DNA from: Vulcanimicrobiota bacterium
GTDB taxonomy: Bacteria > Vulcanimicrobiota > Vulcanimicrobiia > Vulcanimicrobiales > Vulcanimicrobiaceae
Length of the DNA stretch: 64,000 bases
Direction: 5' to 3'
Assembly (NCBI GenBank): GCA_963733295.1
Contig: CAVTCS010000003.1
Location: forward strand, 384,001 to 448,000
Below the pieces are notes generated by a model, which was not told the DNA's origin, ran no database searches, and worked only from the letters and a program-made list of their open reading frames with translations. Each line of letters begins with the position of its first letter. Positions within the stretch are counted from its first letter, which is position 1. The translations under genes were made by a program, and so were the position numbers. Below are positions 18,184 to 27,357 of the stretch, piece by piece.

Positions 18184-19974
18184 GTGAGGATTTTCGGACG
18201 CGCGCTTTTGGCATTGAGCCTGTGTGCGACGTTCGCTGCCTGTTCGGGTGGCGGGGGTTCAAAACAGGCGCCGAGCGGCGGCGCGACGCCGAGTCCGACG
18301 CCTGCGGGGCAGACCCCGAGTCCGGCTCCGTCCGGCGGTGCGCCGACGCCGACACCGCACGCAACGGGTCCGACTGCGAGCCCATCGCCGATTCCAAGCA
18401 TCACCCCGACGCCTGCTCCCACTCCCGCAGCAACCAACGGTCCCGCCCTCGCCGTCGACGCGAGCGCTTCACGCCACGCGATCAGCCCGGACATCTACGG
18501 CGTCTCGATCTTCTGGAGCTCGAGCACGCCGTCCGATCTCGTCGCGTTCGCGAAAGCGATCGGCTTGCCGGCGAACCGTTACGGCGGCGACGCGACGACG
18601 CGCTACAATTGGAACGTCGATTCGTCCAACGCCGGCAGCGACTGGTATTTCATGGGGGGCAACGGCCAATCGAGCGTGACTCCCGGCGCGTCCGTGGACA
18701 CGATCGTGGACGGCAACAAGGTCAACGGAACCAAATCGATCGTCACGATTCCGATCATCGATTACATCAACGCAGCGTACGCTTGGAATTGCAGCTACCC
18801 CGATCCGCCGGTCGGCAATCAGGTCGGCATCAACGGTAACCCGGCCTACAATCCGTACGTTCACCTCGCGAACGGTGCGGCTTGCGGCAGCGGTAGCAAC
18901 TCCGCGGGCTACATCGCCGATTCGAACCCGGGAGCGACCGACATTCCCAACACCCCCGCAATCCAGCAGGCCTGGGTCGCGCACTTCGTTGCGAAATACG
19001 GGCAGGGAGCGCACGGCGGCGTACCGATTTACGAGCTCGACAACGAGCCCAACGGCTGGATCGCAGTGCATCACGACGTGCGTCCGCAGAACGTCGGTTA
19101 CACCGAGCTCTTCAACAAGTCGCTGGCGATGGCCAAAGCGATCAAAGCCGCAGATCCGACGGCGCTCGTCCTCGGGCCCGACGACATTCCGCCGGCCGAC
19201 GAAAACTGCAACAGCGGCGAACCGAGCGGAGTGCCCGGCACGTGCAATACGGACAGCGCCGCTCAGCACGGTGGTACGGCGCTCGGCCTGTGGTATCTGC
19301 AACAGTTCGCTGCGCAGGGGACGCGCTATCTCGACTACTACGCCATGCACTATCCGGGCGCGTGCTGCTTTAGCACGAACGGAACGCTGGCGGACATGGT
19401 TACTGCGATCCAACGGCACAAGGGCTGGATTGCGTCAGCCTATCCGGGAACGAAGCTTGCGTACGACGAGTGGAATCGCGGAACCGGTAACGGTTACGCC
19501 AACGCGCTCGCGACGGCCGACGGGCTCGGAGTGTTCGGGCAGCAGGCCGTCGACCTCGCCAGCTTCTGGGGGCTGAGCGATGCGACGTACCCGAGCGCGT
19601 TTGCTTTCCTGATGTACCGCAACTACGACGGGAGCGGCTCCGCCTTCGGCGACACGTCGGTCTCGGCGACGAGCGCGGATGCGACGCGGTTAACGATCTA
19701 TGCTGCGCAACGCACCGCCGATTCCGCGCTCACGATTCTCGTGGTGAACAGCGCGAGCAGCACCCAGACGAGCACCTTGACGCTTTCTGACATTACGGTG
19801 CGACAGCCGGTTAACGTCTACCAGTACACCTCCGGCAACGCGAGCAACATCGTGGAGCTGCCCGCACTCGCCCCGGCCGCCGCCCTCACCGTCGCATACC
19901 CAGCGCAATCCCTGACCATGCTCGTCGTTCCCTCGGGGACGACGCCGCTCGCGCACCCGCGAGCCCGGCGCTGA
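18184..19974 (+). CDS. Lipoprotein glycoside hydrolase, GH44-like, with Pro/Thr linker
   Basis: Lipobox FAAC, PT-rich linker, ISPDIYG, RYGGDATTRYNW, LDNEP, YDEWN, MYRNYDG..FGD. Confidence 0.8.
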   Translation: MRIFGRALLALSLCATFAACSGGGGSKQAPSGGATPSPTPAGQTPSPAPSGGAPTPTPHATGPTASPSPIPSITPTPAPTPAATNGPALAVDASASRHAISPDIYGVSIFWSSSTPSDLVAFAKAIGLPANRYGGDATTRYNWNVDSSNAGSDWYFMGGNGQSSVTPGASVDTIVDGNKVNGTKSIVTIPIIDYINAAYAWNCSYPDPPVGNQVGINGNPAYNPYVHLANGAACGSGSNSAGYIADSNPGATDIPNTPAIQQAWVAHFVAKYGQGAHGGVPIYELDNEPNGWIAVHHDVRPQNVGYTELFNKSLAMAKAIKAADPTALVLGPDDIPPADENCNSGEPSGVPGTCNTDSAAQHGGTALGLWYLQQFAAQGTRYLDYYAMHYPGACCFSTNGTLADMVTAIQRHKGWIASAYPGTKLAYDEWNRGTGNGYANALATADGLGVFGQQAVDLASFWGLSDATYPSAFAFLMYRNYDGSGSAFGDTSVSATSADATRLTIYAAQRTADSALTILVVNSASSTQTSTLTLSDITVRQPVNVYQYTSGNASNIVELPALAPAAALTVAYPAQSLTMLVVPSGTTPLAHPRARR

Positions 19975-20070
19975 GGCCGCGCCGGCCGGCGTCACGCTCT
20001 TGCGAAAAGCCTTATCCCCGGCACCTCACCCACCGATAAGCGTAGTGACGTTATCGAAAGAGGCTCTCTG

Positions 20071-20268
20071 GTGTCGGACGCTTTTCTCTGTTTGAAGTGT
20101 AATGGTTTAGCCCACAAAGGTTGGAATCCGGCGGGCGTCGCGCGAGTGAAATGTGAGAGGTGCGGGGCGAATTGCGCCACCGGTCTCTTCTCCGGTTTTT
20201 CGAAGCACTTCAAACCGGCGCGCGATCCTGCGAACCGTCGAAGCGGCCTCGACCACCATCGCGGCTAG
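20071..20268 (+). CDS. Small zinc-ribbon protein (65 aa)
   Basis: CLKC...CERC pair; GAAAGAGG RBS upstream of GTG. Confidence 0.5.
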   Translation: MSDAFLCLKCNGLAHKGWNPAGVARVKCERCGANCATGLFSGFSKHFKPARDPANRRSGLDHHRG

Positions 20269-20270
20269 CG

Positions 20271-21221
20271 CTAGACGAGGGCATCCTGCCGGACGAGCGT
20301 GACCCAATCGCCGTGCCGCGGATCTTCGCCCGCGACCGCGCGGGCATAGGCGTCGCGCAGCCGCGACGTTACGGGGCGATTCGCCGGGAACTCGTGTTCG
20401 TCGAGACACGCCAGCGGCGTGACTTCGACTGCGGTTCCGGTGAAGAAGACTTCATCGGCCCCGCAGACGTCATCGATCGAAAGAGCGCCCACTTCGAGCG
20501 GGATGCCGAGATCGGCGCAAAGTTCGATGACGCTGGCGCGTGTGATCCCATGCAGGATGTCGGCCGACTGGTCGTTCGTGCGAACCCGTCCGTTCTTGAC
20601 CACGAAGACGTTTTCGCCGGTCCCCTCAGCGACGTCGCCCCGGTCGTTCAGCAGAAGAGCTTCGTCGAAACCGCGCGCTACCGCATCCTGCATCGCGAGC
20701 ACGGAGTTCGCATAATGACCCGTGGCTTTGACGGTTGAGGGAAGTGCCTTGGAAGAGAACTTGCGCCACGGCGAGAGCGTGACCCGGATTCCGTCTTGCT
20801 GGCCCGCGCCGAAATAGTCGCCGAGGACGCGCAGCGCAAACAGGACGTGCGTTGGGCAGGAGAAGCTCGGCGCCAGCGAGATCGTTTTCTCGCCAAAGAA
20901 TGCGAGCGGCCGGATGTAGGCCGACTCGATCTCGTTTCGGCGGACGAGCTCGACGGCGGCCTCGCACAGGCTGGCGGCGTCGTACGGAATCGACAGCGAA
21001 TAGATGGAGGCCGAGCATAAGAATCGCTCCATGTGCTCTTGCAGACGGAAGATCGCCGGACCGCGCGGAGTCGCGTAGGCACGAATCCCTTCGAAGACGC
21101 CCGAACCATAGTGGAGGCCGTGCGCGAAGGCGTGCACCGTGACTTCTTCCTTGAGTTTGATCTCGCCGTCGAACCAATAGTACGGCGCGATATCCATGTG
21201 CTTGAGGGATCCGGCGGACAT
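20271..21221 (-). CDS. ilvE: Branched-chain amino acid aminotransferase
   Basis: LHYGSGVFEGIRAY, YIRP, KATGHY, EGTGEN, LHGITR, FFTGTA; AAGGAG RBS. Confidence 0.95.
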   Translation of the reverse strand: MSAGSLKHMDIAPYYWFDGEIKLKEEVTVHAFAHGLHYGSGVFEGIRAYATPRGPAIFRLQEHMERFLCSASIYSLSIPYDAASLCEAAVELVRRNEIESAYIRPLAFFGEKTISLAPSFSCPTHVLFALRVLGDYFGAGQQDGIRVTLSPWRKFSSKALPSTVKATGHYANSVLAMQDAVARGFDEALLLNDRGDVAEGTGENVFVVKNGRVRTNDQSADILHGITRASVIELCADLGIPLEVGALSIDDVCGADEVFFTGTAVEVTPLACLDEHEFPANRPVTSRLRDAYARAVAGEDPRHGDWVTLVRQDALV

Positions 21222-21234
21222 GTTGCTCCTTGAG

Positions 21235-21268
21235 AAAAAATCGACCCCGCCGGGCCGGCGGGGTCGAT
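21235..21268 (-). terminator. Intrinsic (attenuator) terminator upstream of ilvE
   Basis: Stem ATCGACCCCGCCG/CGGCGGGGTCGAT followed by T6 on minus strand, just before the ilvE RBS. Confidence 0.88.
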
Positions 21269-21292
21269 CGTCAGGTCGTAATCCGTGTAGCG

Positions 21293-21367
21293 CTATGACG
21301 AACGATGCCGAGCCCGGAGGGTCGGGAAAATGAGGAGTCCGAGTACCAGGCGAGTGCGGCGGTTCAT
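21293..21367 (-). CDS. ilvE attenuation leader peptide MNRRTRLVLGLLIFPTLRARHRSS
   Basis: 24 aa ORF with clustered Leu/Val/Ile codons (LVLGLLI) upstream of antiterminator/terminator. Confidence 0.8.
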   Translation of the reverse strand: MNRRTRLVLGLLIFPTLRARHRSS

Positions 21368-21378
21368 CGTGAGGCTAG

Positions 21379-21408
21379 ACGCTATCACGCGTCGCGCGTG
21401 TCAGTCAA
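21379..21408 (-). promoter_or_regulatory. Putative sigma70-type promoter of ilvE leader
   Basis: TTGACT-18 nt-TAGCGT with extended TGn, ~11 nt upstream of the leader ATG. Confidence 0.5.
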
Positions 21409-21558
21409 GCGGCGTGCCGTCTGCGCGCCCTCGGTGTGAGCGGTCAGCCGGAAGGCCGCGACGAGCGCCACGGCGAGTGCGAGCGCGCTCAAGACGGTCA
21501 ACGCGATCACTCCGTTGCAGCCGAGCCAGGTCCCCTGGGCGCGAAACTCGCTGCCCAT
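21385..21558 (-). CDS. Putative small membrane protein (57 aa)
   Basis: MGSEFRAQGTWLGCNGVIALTVLSALALAVALVAAFRL...; one TM helix; below ORF-track length cutoff. Confidence 0.4.
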   Translation of the reverse strand: MGSEFRAQGTWLGCNGVIALTVLSALALAVALVAAFRLTAHTEGAQTARRLTDTRDA

Positions 21559-21653
21559 CAGCTACAGAACTTGCTGTCGAAGGTCAAGTGCTAAACCTCC
21601 CCGGTCGGGCGAGCGTCGAGGATGGTTCTTCTGCCGGCCTTTCCAGGCTCCCG

Positions 21654-22076
21654 TCAGGCGACGTTGAGCTTGTGCAGATACCGGCCGACGACGACTGCCG
21701 TGCCCTTCCCGGGAACGCTTTGTACGGCAAAGATGTCGGAGCAGCGGCGCATCATCGGCAGGCCGCGGCCCCGCTCGGCCGAGACTTCCGGCAGCTCTGG
21801 AAAGGCCGGCGGCTCGCCCGGAAAGCCGACCCCGTCGTCGCGGACGGTCGCGATGATCCGCTCGGGACCGACCCGGCATGCTATCTCGATCGGTTTGGCA
21901 GCCCGGGCGTGCTCGATGGCGTTGGCCAGAGCTTCCCCGAGCGCGATCAAGAAGTGCCCGAGATCATCCTCGGGTACGCCGTGCGCCCGGCCGAACTCGG
22001 CGACGCCTTCCCGAACGACTCGAGCGAGGCGGGGATGGGGAGGGATTCTGAAATCGAGCGCGGCTTCCGTGGGCAT
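21654..22076 (-). CDS. Anti-sigma factor-like HATPase (RsbW/SpoIIAB family)
   Basis: GEALANAIEHA, VRDDGVGF, ERGRGLPMM. Confidence 0.88.
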   Translation of the reverse strand: MPTEAALDFRIPPHPRLARVVREGVAEFGRAHGVPEDDLGHFLIALGEALANAIEHARAAKPIEIACRVGPERIIATVRDDGVGFPGEPPAFPELPEVSAERGRGLPMMRRCSDIFAVQSVPGKGTAVVVGRYLHKLNVA

Positions 22077-22146
22077 GGTGTACCTGGGAAACGTTCCCGC
22101 CGCGCAATCCTCCTAAACCGGACGAGCTCTTCCTCTATATGACTCT

Positions 22147-22428
22147 GTGATGCGCGCCAAGTCGCGCTGCGTGGTCTACGTCCTCCGCTGCCGGGACGGC
22201 TCGCTCTACGTCGGTTGGACGAACGATCTCGAAAAACGTCTCGCTGCCCACCGCGACGGAGGCGGCTCGCGCTACGTTCGCTCGCGTCTCCCCTTCACGC
22301 TAGAGGCAAGCTGGCCGGCTTCCGATCGAAGCGCAGCCCTGCGCGAGGAAGCGCGTTTCCGGCGGCTCCGCCGGTCCCGGAAGCTAGCCGAACTCGCAGG
22401 GCGGGCGAAACCGAAGAAGCCAATCTAG
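22147..22428 (+). CDS. GIY-YIG nuclease family protein (UPF0213)
   Basis: VYVLRCRDGSLYVGWTNDLEKRLAAH, ALREE. Confidence 0.88.
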   Translation: MMRAKSRCVVYVLRCRDGSLYVGWTNDLEKRLAAHRDGGGSRYVRSRLPFTLEASWPASDRSAALREEARFRRLRRSRKLAELAGRAKPKKPI

Positions 22429-22433
22429 AGCGC

Positions 22434-22931
22434 ATGGCATCACACTCCGCCCCTACCGGATCCGAACTGGACACGCTTGCCGCCGAAGCCGAAACCGTGC
22501 AAGCGCGCATCAAAACCAAAAAGGGCGACATCGTCTTTTCGTTTTATCCGAACGAAGCGCGGCAACACAGTGCCGCCTTCATCAAACTCGCGCGCGAAGG
22601 CTTCTATGACGGCCTGAAGTTCCACCGCGTCGAGCCCGGCTTCGTCATCCAAGGCGGGTGCCCGCAAGGCACCGGCACCGGTGGGCCCGGTTACAACCTC
22701 GACGCCGAGTTCAGTTCGCTCCCGCACGTCAAAGGCACGGTCGCGATGGCGCGTGCGACAAGCCCGAACTCAGCCGGTTCGCAGTTCTACATCTGCCTCG
22801 GCGATGCGCGCTTTCTCGACAAACAGTACACCGTCTTCGGCCAAACGACCGCCGGTCAAGACGTGGTCGACGCCGTTCGCATCGGTGACGTCATGGAGAA
22901 AGTCACGATCGAACCAAAGTCCGCCGGCTAG
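22434..22931 (+). CDS. Cyclophilin-type peptidyl-prolyl isomerase
   Basis: FYDGLKFHRVEPGFVIQGG, SAGSQFYI, YTVFG; ATG 22434. Confidence 0.95.
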   Translation: MASHSAPTGSELDTLAAEAETVQARIKTKKGDIVFSFYPNEARQHSAAFIKLAREGFYDGLKFHRVEPGFVIQGGCPQGTGTGGPGYNLDAEFSSLPHVKGTVAMARATSPNSAGSQFYICLGDARFLDKQYTVFGQTTAGQDVVDAVRIGDVMEKVTIEPKSAG

Positions 22932-23797
22932 TTCTGCGGGTAGAACGTCGAGTGGACGGAGTGGGCGATGTTGCGAATTGCGATGACGCCCACGGAGAAG
23001 TCGTTGAGGTCTTTGGTGTAGACCGCGAGGACGTACGGCGTGTCGCCGAAGGGGTCGACGATCGCCACATCGTTGCGGACGCCGTCGATTTCGCCGGTCT
23101 TGTTGGCGAGCGGGATGCCTTTGGGAAGACCGCGCGCGATCTTGTCGCGGTCCTCTTGTTTGAGCATGATGTCGATCATTTCGCGGCACGACTTGGGCGA
23201 GGCGACCGTATAAAGCGCTTCGCGCGAACCGCGTTCGATGAGATACAGCAGGGTGCCCATGTCGTGGGCGGTCGTGAGATTGTTGCTATGATGGACGATC
23301 GCGGTGTAGTCGAGGAAGTGCCGTTTGAGTTGCGTGCGGGTGAGGCCGGCCCGCTGCGCCGTCGCATTGATGCGATCGAAGCCGAGCAGGCTGATGAGCG
23401 CGTTCGAAGCGGTGTTGTCGCTTTGATCGATCATCGCGCGCGCTAAGGTCGAAACGCGGATGCGGTCGCCGGGATTGGCGCTCTCGAGAACGTCCGAACC
23501 GCCCACGAAATCGGAGCTCTGCAGACGGACGGTGCTCTCCAGCAAGCCCGGCGACTTTTCCGCTGCCTGATAAAGCGACACGAGAATCAGAACTTTGATC
23601 GTCGACGCGGCTGGGAAAACGACGTTCGCGTTGTACGCGATCGGCGCGCCGGGGCCCATCCTTCGCGCGAAGACGCCGACCTCACCGGTCGACTCGGCGG
23701 CGGCGCTCGCGATCTGCGAATCCACGTTGCCGGCCCGGACCGCCAGCGGCGCGAGACTCGATGCCAGGGTTCCGCCGACGAACGCGCTCCGATTCAC
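22928..23797 (-). CDS. Class A beta-lactamase-like serine hydrolase, exported
   Basis: STIK (SxxK), SDN, KTG motifs; Tat-like N-terminus. Confidence 0.88.
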   Translation of the reverse strand: MNRSAFVGGTLASSLAPLAVRAGNVDSQIASAAAESTGEVGVFARRMGPGAPIAYNANVVFPAASTIKVLILVSLYQAAEKSPGLLESTVRLQSSDFVGGSDVLESANPGDRIRVSTLARAMIDQSDNTASNALISLLGFDRINATAQRAGLTRTQLKRHFLDYTAIVHHSNNLTTAHDMGTLLYLIERGSREALYTVASPKSCREMIDIMLKQEDRDKIARGLPKGIPLANKTGEIDGVRNDVAIVDPFGDTPYVLAVYTKDLNDFSVGVIAIRNIAHSVHSTFYPQN

Positions 23798-23853
23798 TGC
23801 TCGCCACAGCTACGGACGAGGAGCCCGCATCTCCTCGCGCGCATCGGCCAAAT

Positions 23854-24516
23854 GTGAGCGGAAATGTCGGCCCAGGCGTTCTTCTGTTCTTTGCGTTGGC
23901 TGCGTCCGGGCCGGTGAGAGCGCAAGAGGCGCAACCGCTTGCGGGCGAAACGTTCGTCGTCGACCCCGGGCACGGCGTGCGCTACCCGGACGGTAGTCCG
24001 CTGAACGTCGGCGCGGTCGGACCGGACGGCGTGCAAGAGGCGAAGGTTGCGCTCGCGGTCGGAGAAGATCTCGCGCACTTGTTGCGCGTCTCGGGAGCAA
24101 GCGTGGTCCTTACGCGTTCCTACGCGCAACCGTACCGGACGGGGACGGTCATTCGCGTCGATAACCGCGCGCGAGCGGCGCTCGCCAACCGTCTCGGCGC
24201 GACCGCGTTCGTCGCCATTCACGCCGATGCGTCGCTCGATCCCGGCTCCCGCGGAACGAGCGTCTTCTGGTTACGCTCGAACTCCCTCGCCCTCGCGAAA
24301 GCAATGCGCGCCGAGCTGGCGCCCCTGGGACTCGGCGAGTCGCAGTTTCGCGTGCGCGACCTCGCCGTTACCAGCGAGGCGACCGTCCCGGCCGTCCTCG
24401 TCGAGTTGGGTTTCATTTCGAATCCCGGGCAGGAGCGGCTCCTCGCGACGGCCTCGTTTCAGCAGCGGGAAGCGCGAGCGCTGTATGCGGCGATCCTGCG
24501 GACGTTCGCCAAGTGA
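23854..24516 (+). CDS. N-acetylmuramoyl-L-alanine amidase (Amidase_3)
   Basis: VDPGHG, E, VLTR, AIHADA, AVLVELGFISN; signal peptide from GTG 23854. Confidence 0.9.
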   Translation: MSGNVGPGVLLFFALAASGPVRAQEAQPLAGETFVVDPGHGVRYPDGSPLNVGAVGPDGVQEAKVALAVGEDLAHLLRVSGASVVLTRSYAQPYRTGTVIRVDNRARAALANRLGATAFVAIHADASLDPGSRGTSVFWLRSNSLALAKAMRAELAPLGLGESQFRVRDLAVTSEATVPAVLVELGFISNPGQERLLATASFQQREARALYAAILRTFAK

Positions 24517-26558
24517 CCGAGACGCCGCTCGTGCCGGCCGACCTCCTGCGTCTGGCCCTTCCCGGCGACCCGCAGTGCGCGCCCGACGGTCGCGTTTTCT
24601 TCGTGCTCTCAACCCAGGACGAAGCGAGCGACGAAACGCGCAGCGCGATCTGGAGCGTGCGTGCCGGATCTCCGGCGACGCCCTTCACCTCCGGACTGCA
24701 CGACCGGATGCCTCGCATATCGCCGGACGCCACCCAACTCGCATTCATCGGGCAGCGCGCCGAAGCTACGTGCGTCTACGTCATGCCGCTGGGCGGCGGC
24801 GAAGCGCGCGCCGTAACGCCTGACTGCGAGGCGCTGGGTGGACTTGTCTGGGCTCCCGGGTCCGACGCCGTCGCGTACGTCGCCAAGACCGGCTTGGATG
24901 CGTCCGGCGCGCGCAGCGCGCTCGACGAGCGCAGCGGCGCGCGACACATTCGCGCGCTGCCCTTCAAGAGCGATGAAGAAGGCCTGCTCGACGGCCGGCG
25001 CAAGCATCTCTTCGTCTGCCGCCCCGAGCCGGGAGCGCCGGCCGTACAGCTCACCTTCGGCGATTTCGACGTCGACAGCCCGGCTTGGTCTCCCGACGGC
25101 GCTTCGCTCGCGTTCACCGCGCAGATCGACGTTCCCGAGACGGCGTTTTGGAGCGACGTCTTCGTCGTGGAACTCGGCGGTGGCGAACTGCGCAAGCTAA
25201 CGGCGGGTCAAGGACCGGCGGAGACGCCGGCTTTTTCGCGCGACGGTCGCGAAATTGCGTTTGTCGGACACCTGCACGGCGAGGCGTTCACGCCGCACAA
25301 CTTAGAGCTGCTCGTCGTGCCCTCCGCGGGCGGCGCGATCCGCTCCCTCTCGGCGCAGCTCGATCGTTCGATCGTCGACAGCATCATCTGCGACGTGCGC
25401 GGTCTGGCTCCGCCCCAACCACCGATTTGGTCCGCCGGCGACCGCGAAATCTTCGTTCCGCTCTGCAGCGAGGCGACGTGCGGCATCGCTGCCTTTGCGC
25501 GCGACGGATCGCACCATCGCGTGGTCGCGGGCGGCGAGCGCGACATCTTCGCCTTCGCGCGTTCGGACGACGGGACGCTCGCCTTCGCGTTCTCGACCCC
25601 GCTCGTGGCGAGCGAAATCGCACAACTCGATCCGTACGGCAACGAGTCCCGGCTGACCGATTGCAACCCCTGGCTGGCGCAGCGTGCCTTACGCGCGCCG
25701 CGCAGGCTTCGTCCGGCGGCAGCGGACGGCTGGGTGCTCGATCTCTTTCTCCTCGATCCCGACGGCGCAGGTCTCGCACCGTACGTTTTGGCGGTTCATG
25801 GCGGCCCCCACACTGCCTACGGCTTCGCGTTCTCGTTTGAATTCCAGACGATCGTCTCGCACGGCATCGGCGTCGCGTACGGCAATCCGCGCGGAAGTAC
25901 GAGCTACGGTTTCACTTTCGCCGACGGCGTGACGGGCCGCTGGGGGCAAGACGACGCCTCCGACGTCCTGAGTCTTCTCGACGCGACGTTGGCGGCCGCG
26001 CCGGCCGATCCGAAGCGCATAGCGCTTGCGGGTGGCTCGTACGGCGGCTTCATGACGACGTGGTTGCTGGGACACTCCAAGCGCTTCGCGACCGGCATCT
26101 CGATGCGCGCGGTCAACGACTTCGTCAGTGAGGTCGGTGCCGCGGATCTCGGCTGGTTTCTCGAACGTACCCTCGGAGCGCCCTGGGACGACGGCGGCCG
26201 CAAACTCTTCGAGAACTCGCCGATGCGCACTGCGCACGAGATCGACGTTCCGCTGCTGATCATGCACTCCGAGCGCGATTACCGCTGTCCGATCGATCAA
26301 GGCGAGCAGCTCTTCACGCTGCTGCGCCGGCTCGGGCGCAGCGAGACCGAGTTCGTGCGCTTCAGCGGTGACGGTCACGGTCTCTCGCGCAGCGGACACC
26401 CCCGCAATCGCATCTTGCGCCTGCGCGCGATCGTGCATTGGCTCGCACGACACCTCAAACCGGACGGCCCGCTCGTAGCGCCGCTGCGCGAGGCCGGCGC
26501 GCTCTTCAAAGAACTGGCAACCGAGCCGGTCGCTCCTGCGACCCCCGGCGCCCCTTAA
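24513..26558 (+). CDS. S9C acylaminoacyl-peptidase family with PD40 propeller
   Basis: HGGPH, NPRGSTSYG, GGSYGG, DYRCP, HGLSRSG. Confidence 0.92.
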   Translation: MTETPLVPADLLRLALPGDPQCAPDGRVFFVLSTQDEASDETRSAIWSVRAGSPATPFTSGLHDRMPRISPDATQLAFIGQRAEATCVYVMPLGGGEARAVTPDCEALGGLVWAPGSDAVAYVAKTGLDASGARSALDERSGARHIRALPFKSDEEGLLDGRRKHLFVCRPEPGAPAVQLTFGDFDVDSPAWSPDGASLAFTAQIDVPETAFWSDVFVVELGGGELRKLTAGQGPAETPAFSRDGREIAFVGHLHGEAFTPHNLELLVVPSAGGAIRSLSAQLDRSIVDSIICDVRGLAPPQPPIWSAGDREIFVPLCSEATCGIAAFARDGSHHRVVAGGERDIFAFARSDDGTLAFAFSTPLVASEIAQLDPYGNESRLTDCNPWLAQRALRAPRRLRPAAADGWVLDLFLLDPDGAGLAPYVLAVHGGPHTAYGFAFSFEFQTIVSHGIGVAYGNPRGSTSYGFTFADGVTGRWGQDDASDVLSLLDATLAAAPADPKRIALAGGSYGGFMTTWLLGHSKRFATGISMRAVNDFVSEVGAADLGWFLERTLGAPWDDGGRKLFENSPMRTAHEIDVPLLIMHSERDYRCPIDQGEQLFTLLRRLGRSETEFVRFSGDGHGLSRSGHPRNRILRLRAIVHWLARHLKPDGPLVAPLREAGALFKELATEPVAPATPGAP

Positions 26559-27352
26559 CTCCCGGTGCCCTGGTAGCGGTTTAAGCCGACGCGCCAAAAT
26601 GCGTACGCGATCCCAAACCAAACGACGCCGACCACCGGCGTGAGCAAACCGATCTGCGGCGAAAGTTCGAGCGCCCCGTCGGTCTTATGCAGTAAGAACG
26701 TCGCCGGAAAGTAGTTCATGAACGCGAACGGCAGAATGAACGTCAAGATGAAACTGACCGCGCGCGTGTAGATGCTGATCGGATAGCGCGTGAAATCCTG
26801 CTCGAGCGACATGACGACCCAACGCAGCGTGTCGATCCGAATCACCCAAAAAGCCAACGTCGCGATCGTGAGCTGGATACCGAAATCGATGAGCGCTCCG
26901 CCGAGCGTGACGAGTGGGACGAACGCCGCGAATGCGAGGTCGACGTGTACGCCGACGAAGTGCGTCGCGATCGAGAAGAAGATGACGGCGAGGACGATCT
27001 CGTCGGGCCAGATCTGCTGCGGTACGGTCAACGCTTGGAAGAGCGGATCGAGCGGCCGGACGAGAAAGCGGTCGAAGCGCCCCTCGCGCACCATGTTCGG
27101 GACTTCGCCGACGGTGAAGAAAAACGTGTTATGAAAGGCGTGACCTAGCATCCATAGGCCGTACAGGAAGGCCATTTGCTTGAAGTCCCAGCCGTTCATC
27201 GAGGGAAATTTATCGAGCGTTACCCAAAGCGCGATGATGGCGGTCGCGTGGTAGACGAGCATGAACCCGAACCACATGAAGAAGTTCGCGCGGTACTCGA
27301 TCATCGTCAAGAAGTTGATGCGCCAGTACTGGGCGTAGACGGCCAGGCTCAC
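26555..27352 (-). CDS. ABC-2 family permease (ABC2_membrane_6/DUF990)
   Basis: EYRANF, GRFDRFLVRP, YPISIY, RYQGTGS C-terminus. Confidence 0.9.
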   Translation of the reverse strand: MSLAVYAQYWRINFLTMIEYRANFFMWFGFMLVYHATAIIALWVTLDKFPSMNGWDFKQMAFLYGLWMLGHAFHNTFFFTVGEVPNMVREGRFDRFLVRPLDPLFQALTVPQQIWPDEIVLAVIFFSIATHFVGVHVDLAFAAFVPLVTLGGALIDFGIQLTIATLAFWVIRIDTLRWVVMSLEQDFTRYPISIYTRAVSFILTFILPFAFMNYFPATFLLHKTDGALELSPQIGLLTPVVGVVWFGIAYAFWRVGLNRYQGTGS

Positions 27353-27357
27353 CCGCG

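Noticed and set aside
21586..21594. CIRCE-like half site (TTAGCACTT on minus strand)
   Set aside because: Second arm at N9 is absent and no chaperone gene is adjacent
22147..22428. Homing endonuclease or defence nuclease
   Set aside because: Size and motifs match the housekeeping stand-alone UPF0213 GIY-YIG family
22928..23797. Antibiotic-resistance beta-lactamase call (also 30855-31712)
   Set aside because: Only fold-level motifs; no clear class A omega-loop ExxLN and no mobile context
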